From Neodothiora populina (lineage: Eukaryota), in the NCBI RefSeq assembly GCF_041146345.1, contig NW_027191408.1, positions 1,054,001 through 1,118,000 of the forward strand: a stretch of DNA of 64,000 bases. The letters are read 5' to 3'. Made by a program: the position numbers and the translations under genes. Below the pieces are notes generated by a model. It had not been told where the DNA came from. It worked only from the letters and a program-made list of their open reading frames with translations, and did no database searches. This document shows, one piece after another, positions 24,501-36,893 of the stretch. How positions within the stretch are numbered: the first letter of the stretch is position 1; every line of letters begins with the position of its first letter.

Positions 24501-25376
24501 AATATCTCGAGCGACTTGCATGGCTTAAGACTGAAGTTGCAGACTTCTGTCTCGATAGCACACATGTATGGGAGAGATCGAAGCGATTCAGATCATCATC
24601 GCTGGACCACGAACAAGGATAAAACCATCCATCTTGGCGTTCGTAAGCGCTACAGTTCTCCGCTTGTGATCCAGTTTCGTAAAGATCGACACTTTCTTGA
24701 CAAGACCGCTGCTTTCGCTGTTCTCTGGCTGACTGATCTGGAAGACGATGAGGAGACCGAGATTACACTCGATGTTTGGAAGGGCGATCTCAAACGCGCC
24801 ACCACATGCTATCTGCGCGAGTGTGGAGAGAAAGTCGGACAGATCACTTTGAAAGTGGCATTCTTTAAGGGACTCGATAGGGCCCATAAGAAGCTTGCAA
24901 GTAAAGACCATCACCTCCGCGATGTTATGGAAATCATCGAAACATCTCGATATCAGACACGGAGCAGTAAAGAAGAGGTCGGCGCAGTCACTTCCGTCCA
25001 CACATCGAATACGGAGGAACGGCCCGCTTTGAAAGATGACCATGATGATTCAGATGATTCGTCTTCTGATGAGGAGGAGGACGAGGGCTCCAAGGGACAC
25101 CATCGACACCACAGTCTTCGCAGTCTTCGTCGCGAAGAGAAGAACAACGAGGAAATGCAGGCTTTGCAGAACGACGGCGAAAGGAACCTTAGAAGCTCGT
25201 GGAAGGAGTATCGATCCAACGCGAAGCAGATGCATCGCCGCCATCGGGGCGTCATGCAATTCAAAAGTGCAAGGACAATGTGGTGGATGAAGCACAAGGT
25301 CGAAGACGTCCACGATAAAATCAGTGGTGTCTTTGATCATCATGAACGGCAGACTGGTATCGAGACGGAGGCTTAA
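21546..25376 (+). CDS. Mug190/tricalbin-like SMP and C2 domain membrane protein
   Basis: Two TM segments, ESTHWLNNIL (SMP-like start), C2 motifs ADPYV..LWDSD..ADDDLG and VRDSRVHEDDPLIG. Single long ORF; first ATG at 21546. Confidence 0.85.
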   Translation: MTTWSRDQEEEYQRRYKAPYTSHRPIPTIQKYEQEKEQRQENASQYAKPRASSSKQESDDAANRYLWSNEHSQNASEDEGPDQPESRVEEKESGLTRRQRTPFNSGGKESKNNEESRITEDTSEAVTSTLSPKQRRKTLGKRRGSRAEREVTDPVTHLPVRIHDLQSSDLKKVPENLAPPGSDFRTATGLAGKTKDDDELRAETAEGQRYHNEMENLFPPPEYEAVKQQLVGVYSRGIVIGLVSMAVIGYTLLAVERGFGGRDTLRVYVTGSGISLAGVAAVIVIIAAVRRWMNNRISTIWEEELWHAQRHDTKAPSNNSHGDNEVQESTHWLNNILASIWPLVNPDLFISLADTLEDVMQASLPSIVRMVSIDDIGQGSESVRILGVRWLPTGAAARSVGSDGKLSEREDKDHHNDRSVPGEGDVDQNAAQDDGQSQGTDTKNQNGNQQDQTQVAEGMEAEEGDFINLEVAFSYRTRSSAKKFRERAKHAHLYIAFYLPGRIKLPVYVDLRGIVGIARIRLQLTPDPPFFSLMTFTFLGQPKVDLACLPLTQKGLNIMDLPVISRFVQSAVDAAMAEYVAPKSMTLDLKDMLAGEDFKKDTTARGVIVCKIKRAFDFKQGDPGIPLIREGSADPYVTVGWAKFVKPLWSTRVILSEMEPHWEETAFLLVTPDELNVDERLRVQLWDSDRVTADDDLGRIEMDIKEVMRSPETRGKMCDRVDGFKALKAGEGMPGKLEWSVGYFPKTHINDVQLKQQTAEPDIRTQEVFDRHIDEISARKLREAKKDETSEREQLRLQQYKEYEDRMIISAPPLPEFPSGILAIQIHEATGVEVRALHNASRHNNDQEHSDEEEQSEELPSCYCNIILNHQKIYRTRVKPKNQKPFFNAGTERFIRDWRNTVVHIAVRDSRVHEDDPLIGMVRLPLGDIFNDKSQINNTYPLHGGVGYGRVRVSLVFRAVNLQAPRNLIGWDYGTLVINSEITGKNISSDLHGLRLKLQTSVSIAHMYGRDRSDSDHHRWTTNKDKTIHLGVRKRYSSPLVIQFRKDRHFLDKTAAFAVLWLTDLEDDEETEITLDVWKGDLKRATTCYLRECGEKVGQITLKVAFFKGLDRAHKKLASKDHHLRDVMEIIETSRYQTRSSKEEVGAVTSVHTSNTEERPALKDDHDDSDDSSSDEEEDEGSKGHHRHHSLRSLRREEKNNEEMQALQNDGERNLRSSWKEYRSNAKQMHRRHRGVMQFKSARTMWWMKHKVEDVHDKISGVFDHHERQTGIETEA

Positions 25377-26114
25377 TATTATATAAAATGGCGACTACCT
25401 AGCTGTGCAACACAGCAGCGTCAGGCGCTGATGTGTGGTCGACACAAAAGCATGTAAATAAATACTACGCTAATCTTGTAATGATTTATGTTCATCCATG
25501 CCACCCTTCCGCAGATTGAGTTATATGTCGTCGACGTATCGCTACGGCTTTGAATAGCACCGGAGAGCCACAAAGACCGCCCTCAGCCATCTATGTACGT
25601 TGTATAACATAATCATTGAAGAATCCAGTGTAGATTCAATAAATGCATTAGATCAGGACCGACTGTGTTCTTGAATCCTGCACATGCAGAAGCCAAGAGC
25701 AGACACACAGTGATTACAGCCAATGATGCACTGTAATTCAAGCTGCTTATAAGATTCGATCGCTGTTCACCGCTTCCACAAGACCAGAACTCTTGTATGA
25801 GGACCCACTAGCCTTCTACAGTGACGTTCAGCGGTCCCGATATGCACAGTAGATCGATGTGTTACCATTCTCTCCGTCCAACAATATACGGTACTTGTTA
25901 GTAAGCTAGGTACTGTACAATATTAACCGACAATCTTGCATGTACAAGGATATTATACCTTATCTCCGGTGGAGGGAGCGGGGCAGCGAAGCTTGTAGTA
26001 CACACAAGAGACCACGAATTCACCTTGTGTTACTCCGTACCCTTCTAGCTGTAATCAGAATGTCCTATGACCGACAAGACACAGCAGCCGCATAAGCTCA
26101 ATTCATTTGCTAGA

Positions 26115-26121
26115 TTACTAA
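26115..26121 (+). promoter_or_regulatory. Yap1/AP-1 response element TTACTAA upstream of GST
   Basis: Exact consensus about 325 bp upstream of the GST ATG, with TATATA at 26355-26360. Confidence 0.4.
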
Positions 26122-26443
26122 GTGACTTGCTACGTCAAGATTCTGACATACCGAGATAGTAGACTCCACAGTGACTTTTTATAGTGACTTTTATATGCTG
26201 AAGTTGACAGTTGTTCGTAGTGTGGGGCTACAGATTGTGAGTGTCGATCGAACTTTGTCAGTCCATTCGGCAGAGGACCGCGAATGGTCATAGATTTGTA
26301 AGTAGAGCGGGGAGCATAGGTAGGCTAAGGCATTAAGACCGCATCATCTGTCGGTATATAGAGAGTGACCCTCTTCTTCCTACATATTCTTTGTCTCTCA
26401 AGTCTACTCTTACACACGCACTCAATAGCACCAAACAATCACA

Positions 26444-27293
26444 ATGTCTCTCAAGCCTATCACTCTTCACGGCCATGCTGGCGTAAGTGTACACATGCCA
26501 CAGCCTGATACAATGCCATTGACAATAATTACCAGGGCCCCAACCCATGGAAGGTCGCACTGATGATGGAGGAACTTGGCGTCCCATATGAGACCAAGTA
26601 CTGGGACTTCGCAAACCTCCATAAGCCCGACTATGAGAAGCTGAACCCCAATGGCCGCACACCTACCATTGAGGACCCGAACACTGGACTCACTCTTTGG
26701 GAGTCTGGTGCCATTGTTGAGTATCTCATCGACACCTACGACAAGGAGGGAAAGTTCACATACACTTCTTCACCCGAGAAGTACCAGCTCAAGCAATGGT
26801 ATGTATTGTTGTGTCAAAGACTGCAATTCTTGGCACATGTTAATGGTAAAATTTAGGCTTCACTTCCAGGTCTCTGGACAGGGCCCGTACTTCGGCCAGC
26901 GCGTCTGGTTCTCTGTCGTATGTCTTTCCCCAAATTAGTTGTTGAAAATGACCGGTGAGACTGACATAGTCATCACAGTACCACCCTGAGAAGGTCCAGT
27001 CTGCCATTGACCGTTATGGCGGAGAGATCAAGCGTGTCTTTGGTGTCCTCGATGCTCACCTCAAGAAGACCGGTGCAGAGTACCTAGTTGGCGACAAGTA
27101 CACCTACGCTGACCTCTCGTTCATCCCATGGAACTTGCTTGCTCCGATGGCCATGGGTCCCGACTTCGAGAAGGAGATTCAGACAGAATTGCCAACCTAC
27201 TGGGCTTGGTGGCAGAGGGTTGTAAACAGACCCGCAACCCAGAAGATTAAGAAGGACAGAGAGGAGGCAATTGCCGCGGACAAGAAGAAATAA
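26444..27293 (+). CDS. Glutathione S-transferase (Ure2p/GST2-like; 4 exons)
   Basis: GPNPWKV, NPNGRTP, LWESGAI, QVSGQGPYFGQ, YLVGDKYTYADLSF. Three GT-AG introns. Confidence 0.93.
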
Positions 27294-27983
27294 ACCAGTT
27301 CTGCTCTGATCTAACCACCGCCTACATAGAGAGCATGTAGAAATGAGTACTATGAAATATGACAGATTGCAGCGTTCATACATCTTCATGTGATTCTGTA
27401 TAGAATTATAGGCTTCCCGATAACATCAGCTTGCATTCATTTGCAGGTGCCTACACCTACGCAATCAATGCGACATGGACAGCTTATACTGTAGAACAAA
27501 CAAGCTGTGCTGTGCAGCTTCCGAAACAAGACAAATAACCTTAATTAGCTATTCAGAGATGGGGCTAAATTGGCCCAGACTCCATCAAGGCTGCCAAGGC
27601 TATGCGGCGCAGCAAGTGCGCATCCCGACTTCAGAAATCTTGGGAAGGCTGCTGCCCAAAACAGCGATTCAGTGCTCCCCCTCGAGCTGCGCGATTCGAC
27701 GCATCCTCATTATTCCCGGGTCGCATTTTATTCATTCCCAGCAGCACCCACCTGTAATCTACGGTTCCACAAGACCAGTGGGCTCCTACGTGACAAGTAA
27801 TTCCGAGTAGATCTGGGGATACGACGTGCAGCAGCCTGGCATTGATACCAGGAGAACGGGTCTTGCAGGCTCGAGTCCAATTGCTTGGGTGCCTGCACCG
27901 AGCCCTTTCGCGTGCAGGCTCGGTGGTGCCGCCTGCAGGACTGGTGGTTTGGCGTCATGTCTGCGTTACATAATATATCCATC

Positions 27984-30264
27984 ATGGACCAAGGTGCCAC
28001 TGAGGTGTCGTCTGACACCACGCGCCTGGCCTATCACGACCAACGTAAGGAACAACAGGAAAACCTGCAACCGTATCAGCATCAACATCATCGAAATCGA
28101 AGTCTGCAGGCTGTGAACGGCGTTTCGCCGCTATCTGCAGCTTCACATACCTTACCACTGACTCCGAAACTCGAGACTCCCACCACAGCAACGCCCGAGA
28201 GTCCACTCAGTGGTGCAGAGGGGTCTCAGAATGGAAATGTCGCTGCTGGCACCAAGCGCAATGCGCCAGACACGCCCACCGATGGCTCCGGGAAACCCAA
28301 GCAGAAGCGCAACAAACCTACATTGAGCTGTGAAGAATGTGTCGAGCGTAAGACAAAGGTTAGTTTATGCGTATCGATAGTAAATGCTACACTTCGCTAT
28401 GCATGAGCTGACAAACTTCCCAAAAAGTGTGATCGAGGGCGACCGACTTGTCTTGCTTGTATCAAGAGACAATCTGATTGTCGGTACACGCATGTAGCGA
28501 ATGCTATACGGAATGCAAAGTTCGTGAAATATGAAGTTCGATCCATTCCTTCTGGCTGACACTGGAATTCTAGGGAAAATGGAAGCAGTAGTGCTTCGAG
28601 GATCGTTAGTAAGCCACCGCAAAAGCTACGAAAAGCAAGTCATGCCCTTGAAGCGGACAACTCGTCTCCAGTGATGGTGAGTGGTTTCAGTCTCAGAATC
28701 GATTGACTTGGCTGAGATCTTGTGTCAGAAGAAGTTCGCACCTCGCACGCCTGTTGTTGCAAGCATTGCCGCTGGATCTCCATTTCTTGCATCAAATGTA
28801 CCCCTGTCTAAGCCAACTCCATCAAATGTGTTCGGCATTGGACAGCAACATCCATTTGCCAACTACTGGACCTGTTCTGGCGGTCTCCCGGAAGTTGTCG
28901 GAGTGCTGCCCAGCAAGGATCAAGCCGATATCCTTGTCGCAAAGTACTTTGAGTGTGTGGATCCCGTCTACCCATTCATCCACAAGCGAATGTTTTACAC
29001 GATGTATGAAAAATTCTGGGCGTCGCCACAGAGCAAGAAGCACAGAGCCGATGCGGATCTTCTTGCTCTGCATTTCACTCTCTATGCTTTGGGCACACAG
29101 TTCATGCCGTTTCCTTCTTATGGCGAGCGAACACAGAGCGCCGAGTTCTACGCATCGGCCGCGAATCAGGCCCTTCGTATTTACTCGTACCTCAACCGGG
29201 CATCTATGCGATCTATAGCGGCGATGCTGCTTTTAGGTTACTTTCTCATGAATGATAACCATGCCTCGGACGCGTACGCATGGGCGGGTATATTGCTCCG
29301 TCAAGCATATGCGATGCGGCTTCACCGCGATCCAGACCTTGTGATGCCAGACATGCCGGCAGTCGAGAAGCACACCCGGCGCAAGTATTGGCAAGCAGTC
29401 TCACATCAGGATACATTTCTCACAATCTTACTCAAGCTACCTCCTACAGCTACCCATAGTGATGTGTCCCAAGATGCGCTCCAAGACGAGTCGCAGTATA
29501 ACTGCAATATCACGGATACTTTCACAGGCAGCATCGACAGGGTGGAGAATTTGATGAGTATCAACGTCATAGCACCGCAGGACTCTGCGCCGACGCCGCC
29601 CCTTCTACCACAACAGCTTGTTGACCCGACTGTCGACAAGCATGATGTCGAGTATATCAAGGCCATGTGGAAGCTTGCCAACTTGGTGCAAGAGACCATG
29701 TCGTCTCCGTTGTCCTTGTCATTGCCGATGTGTAGCTCACCGCGCCACAAGACCTCTCTGGTCTCGTCATTTCGGTCATTATATCGGAGCTGCTCATCTG
29801 CATTGACGAACCTAGATTATGTCACGCTGCAGACACAATCAATGACGAATCCACGATTCGTACGACAGAACTTGTTTCTAACAAGCAACTATCATCACTG
29901 CATGATGTTGCTACAAGCGAACGAGAACCCCAGCGCAGGTGTCGAATGTAATGTACGTGGCGCTCTAGAAGCGGCGCACGAGGCCATCTGGGCTTACTTC
30001 AAACTTTATGGCCTGTTCGAGAATGACGCGGGCGTGTGGTGGGTCTTTCAGCACCGTGCTTTCGAGGAGGCCCTCACAATTGCGGATCTCTTGACGGCAA
30101 AACAAGATGGACAGACGGTTGATAAGACGGACCCGCTGTATGTCAAGTGCAAGGACGACGTGCACAGGATGTTGGATCTCGTCGATCGAAGTCGAGGATC
30201 TGTCGAGATGAAGAAGACGAGACGTTCGGTCCTCCAGACTGCTTATGAGAGGATGATTGAATGA
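27984..30264 (+). CDS. Zn(II)2Cys6 transcription factor with fungal-specific TF domain
   Basis: CEECVERKTK|CDRGRPTCLACIKRQSDC split by an intron. Middle-homology region AYAMRLHRDP...RRKYW. Confidence 0.9.
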
Positions 30265-31331
30265 TACCATCAGGATGGGGATCTTTAAAAAGCCAGATGC
30301 ACGCAATAGTGCCAAGAGCAGACGTCGGGTTCTGTTTATTTATGATTACTGCTCGGCAGCCAAGGACGCAGAGCCGGAATAGTCACATTGGCTATGAACA
30401 ACACTGCGGCCTGGAGTGTCAACAGCATTTACCAAACCGGAAAAGTCTCGCACTTGTCAGGGCATCCTCGAGAGCTGATCATGCTGGGCACGTATCCGTG
30501 AGATAGACTGGAAGTTCAGATGTCTGTCCAGTAATACGTCCAAAGTCTTGGCAGACAAGTTTCACAACCCTCACGCACCAACGTCGAGTCAAGTGCTTCA
30601 ATTGTACAATGCGACAAACGAAACAGACACTCTCGGCCCCGCCGACACAGTCGCGCTGATGCCAATAGTCTCTCAGGATATACGAAAGCAGGAGACTGGG
30701 AGGACTGTGTATGAAGGATATATGCATGGTCAGAAATGGAGAAACCCTGTGTTGTAACATTTCACAGACAGACATATATCCAAGCCAAGTGGAAGAGAGA
30801 AGGAAGAATACCATCAAGATGATGGCTGTAGAGATGCAGAAAAAGGATAAGAATGTCTCCGCCCTGAGCAGATAGGGATGTCGGAACGGACTCATAACAT
30901 TAGATTTTTTTGTCGCATCTTCTACAGTACAATCTAGTCTGATGACTCACTTGCTTCCGGCTCTATTCATATCACCAAACATCCTTGCCACTTCTTGTGC
31001 CTCCAGACTCGGGTGACGATGGTCTCAATGGAGACCGTTCGAATGAAGAAAGAATAAAGATGCGATTGCTTGAGGATGAAACCCCCGGACTTCAATTCGT
31101 TCGTCCGTATCGAATACGTATATGAAACATTCGACTTTGTTCCCATTTTGCTTTTCTCGTTTCCTGAAACGCCATTTTTCCTTCTTCTTGATATGCAACA
31201 TCTTTCTTTCTCTCATGGACGGACAACACTCCGGATCATGTTCTCGGAATTGGGACCGAAAACTCCAAAAAAGGGTCCTCGTTACTTGAATCTTCGCAAT
31301 GAGAAAATACCTATACGCTATTTTGATTGTT

Positions 31332-32577
31332 TTACGCGTCGGTCTTGGTCTTCTTGGCCTCGCCACCCTGCTCTCCAGAGTCAGGAGCGCCACGCTTCCT
31401 GTCGTTGTCACGACGCTCATCGTTGCGGTCGCGGCCTCCTCTTTGACCACCACGACCACCGCGGCCGCCACGACCACCACGTCCTCCACGACCGCCGCGT
31501 CCACCGCGTCCTCCACGGCCGCCTCCACGACCGCCGTTCTGGTCGCGACGTTGCTTATTGTTGTTGTTATCGCGACGGGGAGAATTGGGCGCGACCCGTC
31601 CGTCCTTGATGGCCTCGACTTTCTCGTCGACGTACTCCTGCTTGCTCTTGATCTGCAGCTCCTTTTCGTCGCCGTCGGCGGTCTTGAATTTGGGCTTGGG
31701 ATCGAGTTTCAAAAAGTCCTGGGCTTCTTGCTCCGAGGAGAACTCGACGAAGACGGAGCCCTTGAACTCGCCGTTGGCGGGCCCGCCTTGCTTGCGGCGC
31801 AGGCGCACGGCGTTGACGCTGCCGTACACGCCGAAGAACTCCTCGATGTCCGTCTGGCTCGTCTTGACTTCGTCGCCGAAGCCCTTGGCGTAGACGCTGC
31901 GCGCGAGGGTCTTGTCCTGATGCAGCTTCTTGTTCTGCTCGACGTCGTCGGTGAATTTGTCAGACAGGGGCGTCTTGCGGGTGATCTCGCCGGCGTCGGT
32001 GATGTTCAGGACTGAGGAGGCCTTGATTGCGTCGACGACGGCCGAGTAGGGCTGGAAGTGGCGCATGCGCTTGAAGCCGTGGATGACTTTGAGGTCGACG
32101 GGGTTGTTCTTGTGCCCGCCCGTCTTCTCCAGCAGGTACTTGTCCGTGGGCAGGTTGGAGTCGGAGAAGTAGAACTCGACTTGTCGGCGGATCTCGTCTG
32201 CGTCGCTGGATTCCGGCAGGTCGGAGAAATCTGACTTGACCAGCGCCTTGCGCTTCTTGTTGGGGTAGTCGTTGCCGCTTCGCGACTGGTCGTTTGTCTC
32301 TGTGGTCTCTGTGGTCTCTGCCTTCTCTTCGGCTGCGCTGTTCTCTGTTGCTTTTGTTAGTGATTGATCTCCTTCTTCTAGTGACGAGTACCTATCGCAA
32401 CTCACCCTCCGCCGTCTTCTCCCCTGCCTGCTTCACATCGTCAGAGGTCGTGGGCGCAGCTGAAACAGCGCTCGTCTCCTCGGGCTTGGAAGTCTCGTTG
32501 GCGGTCCGGTCGTTGGAAATGGAGGTGGAGGCTGGGTCAGGCTCAACCTGGCCTTCGGCGCGGATCTCAGCAGACAT
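31332..32577 (-). CDS. LHP1: La protein homolog (La motif, RRM, RGG tail)
   Basis: IRRQVEFYFSDSNLPTDKYL, FKRM, RSVYAKGF, FKGSVFVEF, (GGR)n tail. Intron 32405-32345. Confidence 0.93.
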
Positions 32578-33059
32578 GATTTTGTTGTTGTTGATATTGT
32601 GGTTGCTGTATAGCAAAGAATATAAAAAAAGACCTCGAAGATATCAAGTCGATGATCTACAAAAGTCTGTTATCAGATTCGACTGAAATACTCGTTTCTT
32701 GGCGTTAGTGATGTAGATTTAGTGACAAACAACAAAGTATCGAGAAGGAAAGAGGCAATTGCGAATCTCTATACTTTTGAACAATAGAAAGGCAAGGGGT
32801 AAAAGTGAAACTATTATTGTTGTAATTCTTTATTCTTCTTTCTCTCTACTTTCTTTACCCACTTTTCGCGGTCGAACGAAGCTTGACGCCGAAATTCTGG
32901 ATGCCAAGTAACGTCGATGCAGAAGCTGCATCGGTGCTTGACTCGCTCTTTCGCTGATCAGGGTCGCTGCCATTACTCGTGCTGGTTGTGTAGAGATGGA
33001 CCCTGACCACTAACCACCACCACTTAGGTCTTTGAGGTAATTAAGGTAGTCGCATCTCT

Positions 33060-33330
33060 CTGGAAGGCCTACATTGATCGCAGCTCAGGCATGCAAGCAT
33101 TTGACTCGGCTCGATAGGAGAAATGGATCCTCGCTGATCTCCGTCCTGATCCTGACACTGGTCCTGGTCTCCGCGGTCATATCGTTCTCTACCTTATCTT
33201 TTCCTAACCTCATCTCCATCATCCTCCCCTCGGCCGTTGACGTCTACCTCACCCTTTGCTTACTCGCCTCCATCATCATTGTCCTCATCCTCTTCCTGCT
33301 TCTCATCGCTTTCGTGGCCCCAAGATATCA
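33060..33330 (-). pseudogene. Possible decayed acidic low-complexity coding relic
   Basis: One frame reads WGHESDEKQEEDEDNDDGGE*AKGEVDVNGRGEDDGDEVRKR*GRERYDRGDQDQCQDQDGDQ, with two in-frame TAA. Confidence 0.3.
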
Positions 33331-33863
33331 CACATGCCAGTGCCTCCGGTGCGCCGAAAGTGGTACTGCTTCGGCTTGCTCAATTGCGCTGGTGTGCCGT
33401 CTCTCTTGCAATGTCTTGCAATGACCTCTTCTCATCTCGGCCACTGAGTTGAGGCTTTCCATCACTTCTATGTCGGCTTCTTCGATCTGATTTGAGTTGT
33501 GACTTTGTTCACTGAGGTTGGGAAACGGTAGAGTGATAGGAGGTGGTTTCATTCTGCATAGATTGAATACATGTGCGATTGGCGATGTGTCTGATGCAGA
33601 GCGATTTGTAAGTCCTGGGTAGTGCAACCTTCTCGCACAATACCAGGTGGTCAATAAGAACACTCTTCTCAAAATATCATGTTGCTGCTTGCCTGACAAA
33701 TGTCTGCCTGGAGGGGTTTCGGCGGGCACATGCGGGTGTCGTGACTTCCTTTTTGATGTGCAGTTGTGCCACAATCCCTTGTCCTTATTTTCGCCCCCGA
33801 ACGCTCTTGTCTTCTCATGAATCCAACGCGTACAGTTGGCTATTAGTACCAAATTCCGGCAAC

Positions 33864-34759
33864 ATGTCGTCTGAACAACCCTCAGAGAGGTTGAAAACCT
33901 CGATCGCCAGGTAAGACTAAGGCGCATAAGTGTCATCGGTCATGCTGACTTGCCATCAGTTTTTACAACGATCCTCTGTTTTCCGATATCATCCTGCAGC
34001 TGGGGGAGAGCCAGGAATTTCATGGCCACAAAATTATACTCAGTGTCAAATCTGGGTTCTTCCGTAAGGCCTTCACAGGATCATTCAAGGTGAGCACCTT
34101 GAGATAACTAGCCGTCGTTTCGAAGAACACATTGACATCTCCCACAGGAAGCCAGTGAAAGCCGCATGACTCTTTTCGAGGACGACGCACCTCACATTAT
34201 AATCGCCCTCCTCCGCCATCTGTACGATCTCCCTTACACGACCTACCCGGAATCGCCTTTCCAGAAAACCTCCAACAAGCTTCTATTCAACGCTCAAGGC
34301 TTTGTAGTGGCCGATAAATACGATGTCCCTTCACTCATGAGCCGAGTCATCGAAGACACTATAGCCTTGATCAAGGAGAAGCTCGACGATGACCCTACCG
34401 ACATCTGCGAGACTATCAGCTTTCTATACAAGTATGAGAACATGGCTAACAAATCGTTCTTCGCTGTTATCGAGGCATCCTGCCTCGTGAAACTTGAGCA
34501 GTATCTAGCCGTACCAGCCTTTGTGGATTTACTTAAATCTACCCCACCGCTAGCCATCGCTCTCTTGGACGAACTCCCCAAGCTAAACAGACCCTTGTCG
34601 TCGCTGGCGCCTGGTGTTCACAAGGTCTACCTATGCCCGTCATGTCACAACTGCCATGCCTCGAACACCGTACCGCATTGCCCTAGTTGTTATCCTGTCG
34701 GTCGTATCACAATGCTGTCTAAAAGCACGTGGCTGGTGCGTAAGCTTCATGTGGATTGA
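33864..34759 (+). CDS. BTB/POZ protein, array copy 1 (intact; C-terminal CxxC..CxxC)
   Basis: Spliced MSSEQ...IAS|FYNDPLFSDIIL...HGHKIILSVKSGFFRKAFTGSFK|EASE...ALLRHLYDLPY...ADKYDV, ending CPSCHNC...HCPSC. Confidence 0.85.
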
Positions 34760-35206
34760 GGGCCTGAGGGTTCTCTTTCTCAGAGCGACACCTTAGTGAT
34801 TAACGGGAGAAAGCTTCCTTGACGTGACAACCGTTCCCAAACGTACTGCTACTGCTATTGACAGATGGAATGAAAGCCAAGATCATCGGAGGACATGGCT
34901 ATGCTCCCCTTACTGCAGACTTTCCAAACTTCCGACGATAGCATTCGATATGGAATTTACGACTTGATTCCCATATCTACGAGTGTGTTACTTTCAGTAA
35001 GAACACAGACGTTTTAGATAGACGTATAAATGCGTATCTACAACACAATCGTGATTTCACCAGTCCATCATGTCCCCAAGCGTTATTCGACATTTCCTTA
35101 TGTCCTTTCTGCACGATATAAAGATAACTAAGTGGTCTCTAGCTCCAAACTGTGGTCAGTATCTCACCGCTGAACAGTCGCAAGAGACGAAAAAAAAGGA
35201 AAGAGA

Positions 35207-36078
35207 ATGACACCCACTGACCCAGCCAAGTCCTCCAACAGTGGCAATCGTTACAGGTGCGTAGAGGACTACCTCGCCCCGTAAACTACGCTTAGACAGA
35301 CTACTGACATCTCACTCTCCACACACGTAGTCTATTCGACGATGCACGATTCTCCGACATCATCATCCGATTCAACGGACAGCAAATTCACGCTCACAAA
35401 TGTATCTTCTACAACCTCTTCGCACGTGGCTCTCCGGTCAGTTTCACATCTCCTCATATCACTTTCCTGCCTACGTAGTTTGTGAGGTCTCTGACCAAGA
35501 GCGAGAGCCAGATTCCCCAGGTCGAAGACACTCGCATTCCCACTGAAGAAGAAGCGACTGGCCCACAAGCGATCCACACAATGCTTCGACAAATCTACGC
35601 CTTCCTCGAGTCCGCCAGAGTCAAAGACCTCGACTTGGGCGACGCCGAAGACCCAAAAGCCATACGTGCTACGATCCGCCATATCTATGACTTGCCCTAC
35701 AACGACCCCGATCATGACGAGGTGGAAAAGAGTCCTGCGGCGCCGAATGAGCTGACATTCCTCGTCTCCATCTTCGCCGCAGCAGACAAGTACGACGTCC
35801 CGACTCTGCGCTCAGCTGTGGTGGCGGACTTCACGCCACTACTGATCGCTCACTGGGATAGCGAACTTTTAATGCCGGCTATAAGCATGCTGTGCTTGCC
35901 CCGTGCGAGGAAGTTCGCTGATGAGTCGCTGAGAGATGCAGCGGGGGGGTTTTGTGCCGAGAGGATCGGCGCGCTGATGAGGCGGGAGGAGTTCAGGGGA
36001 TTGGTTGTTGAGGAGGAACCGTTTGCTGGGGGGCTATTAGTTGCTGCCTTTGATGGGGTGGGATTGGGAGGTGGGTGA
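35207..36078 (+). CDS. BTB/POZ protein, array copy 2
   Basis: Spliced SLFDDARFSDIIIRFNGQQIHAHKCIF...DPKAIRATIRHIYDLPY...AADKYDV. Same two intron positions as copy 1. Confidence 0.75.
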
Positions 36079-36893
36079 TGGTCTGCTGAGGGTCGAGGAG
36101 GGGAGCTGAGAATGACATTGCCGGGTTGATGCTATCATGCTGGCTGGGGAGAGGTCGTGGACTCGGCTTGCCGTGTGCTGAATGAAATAAGACTGCTGAT
36201 GTAGGATCATTTCCAGGCAAGTGAAGAAGATATAGTGATCATTTAGCATTGAACCTATTGCCACCTTTCAAATCCTCGGTATGTCTACACCACTTAAGGG
36301 TATGCAGTCAGTGTCATCCTAGATATGGTACTAGAAGGCATTCATTACTTAACGCTCGCGATTGCTTTGTGAAGAGTGCTGCAACCAGCTCGCCTTAGTG
36401 AGTCAATCATCAGCACCCCATATCACAAGGAAGCTTCACTTTCGCCCAACTCATCACGATATCTTTTAGATTTTTGAGTTCCCCCTTCCAGCAATACCTC
36501 ACTTACAAGACAGCGTTTGGCAGCCAAATTGACCGCTTGCTATTAACTACTCCTTACTACCAGCCACGCAACTTTGCGTGACTTCTCGAATAACACAAGA
36601 CAAGGGGGTGATGAACGGCAAAGTGAAGCCTGTTTTTATATAAAGGTCATAATAAGTGTTGGTAATCAGATTAGCAACTTTCATGTGTAGCAAGGCGCTG
36701 GACTTACCTACTCTCTTCTTCTGTCTGCCTCCTTTCCTCCTTTCTTCCTTTCTATGCACAAAGCACTTTGACGCGGGGCTTATATCAGTTGATAACTTTC
36801 CTCTCTTATACACAGAGCACTTCTCTATCAATCAATCACCCTTTCTGATATCCACAAAGAATTTCGGCATAGATCTTCTATAACTGTTCGAAC

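Noticed and set aside
30479..30895. Short ORFs between the Zn2Cys6 gene and LHP1
   Set aside because: No consistent frame or motif, so neither a gene nor a relic can be supported.
33074..33424. Hydrophobic 116-aa ORF resembling a membrane protein
   Set aside because: Non-ATG start; it is the reverse complement of an acidic purine-rich stretch.
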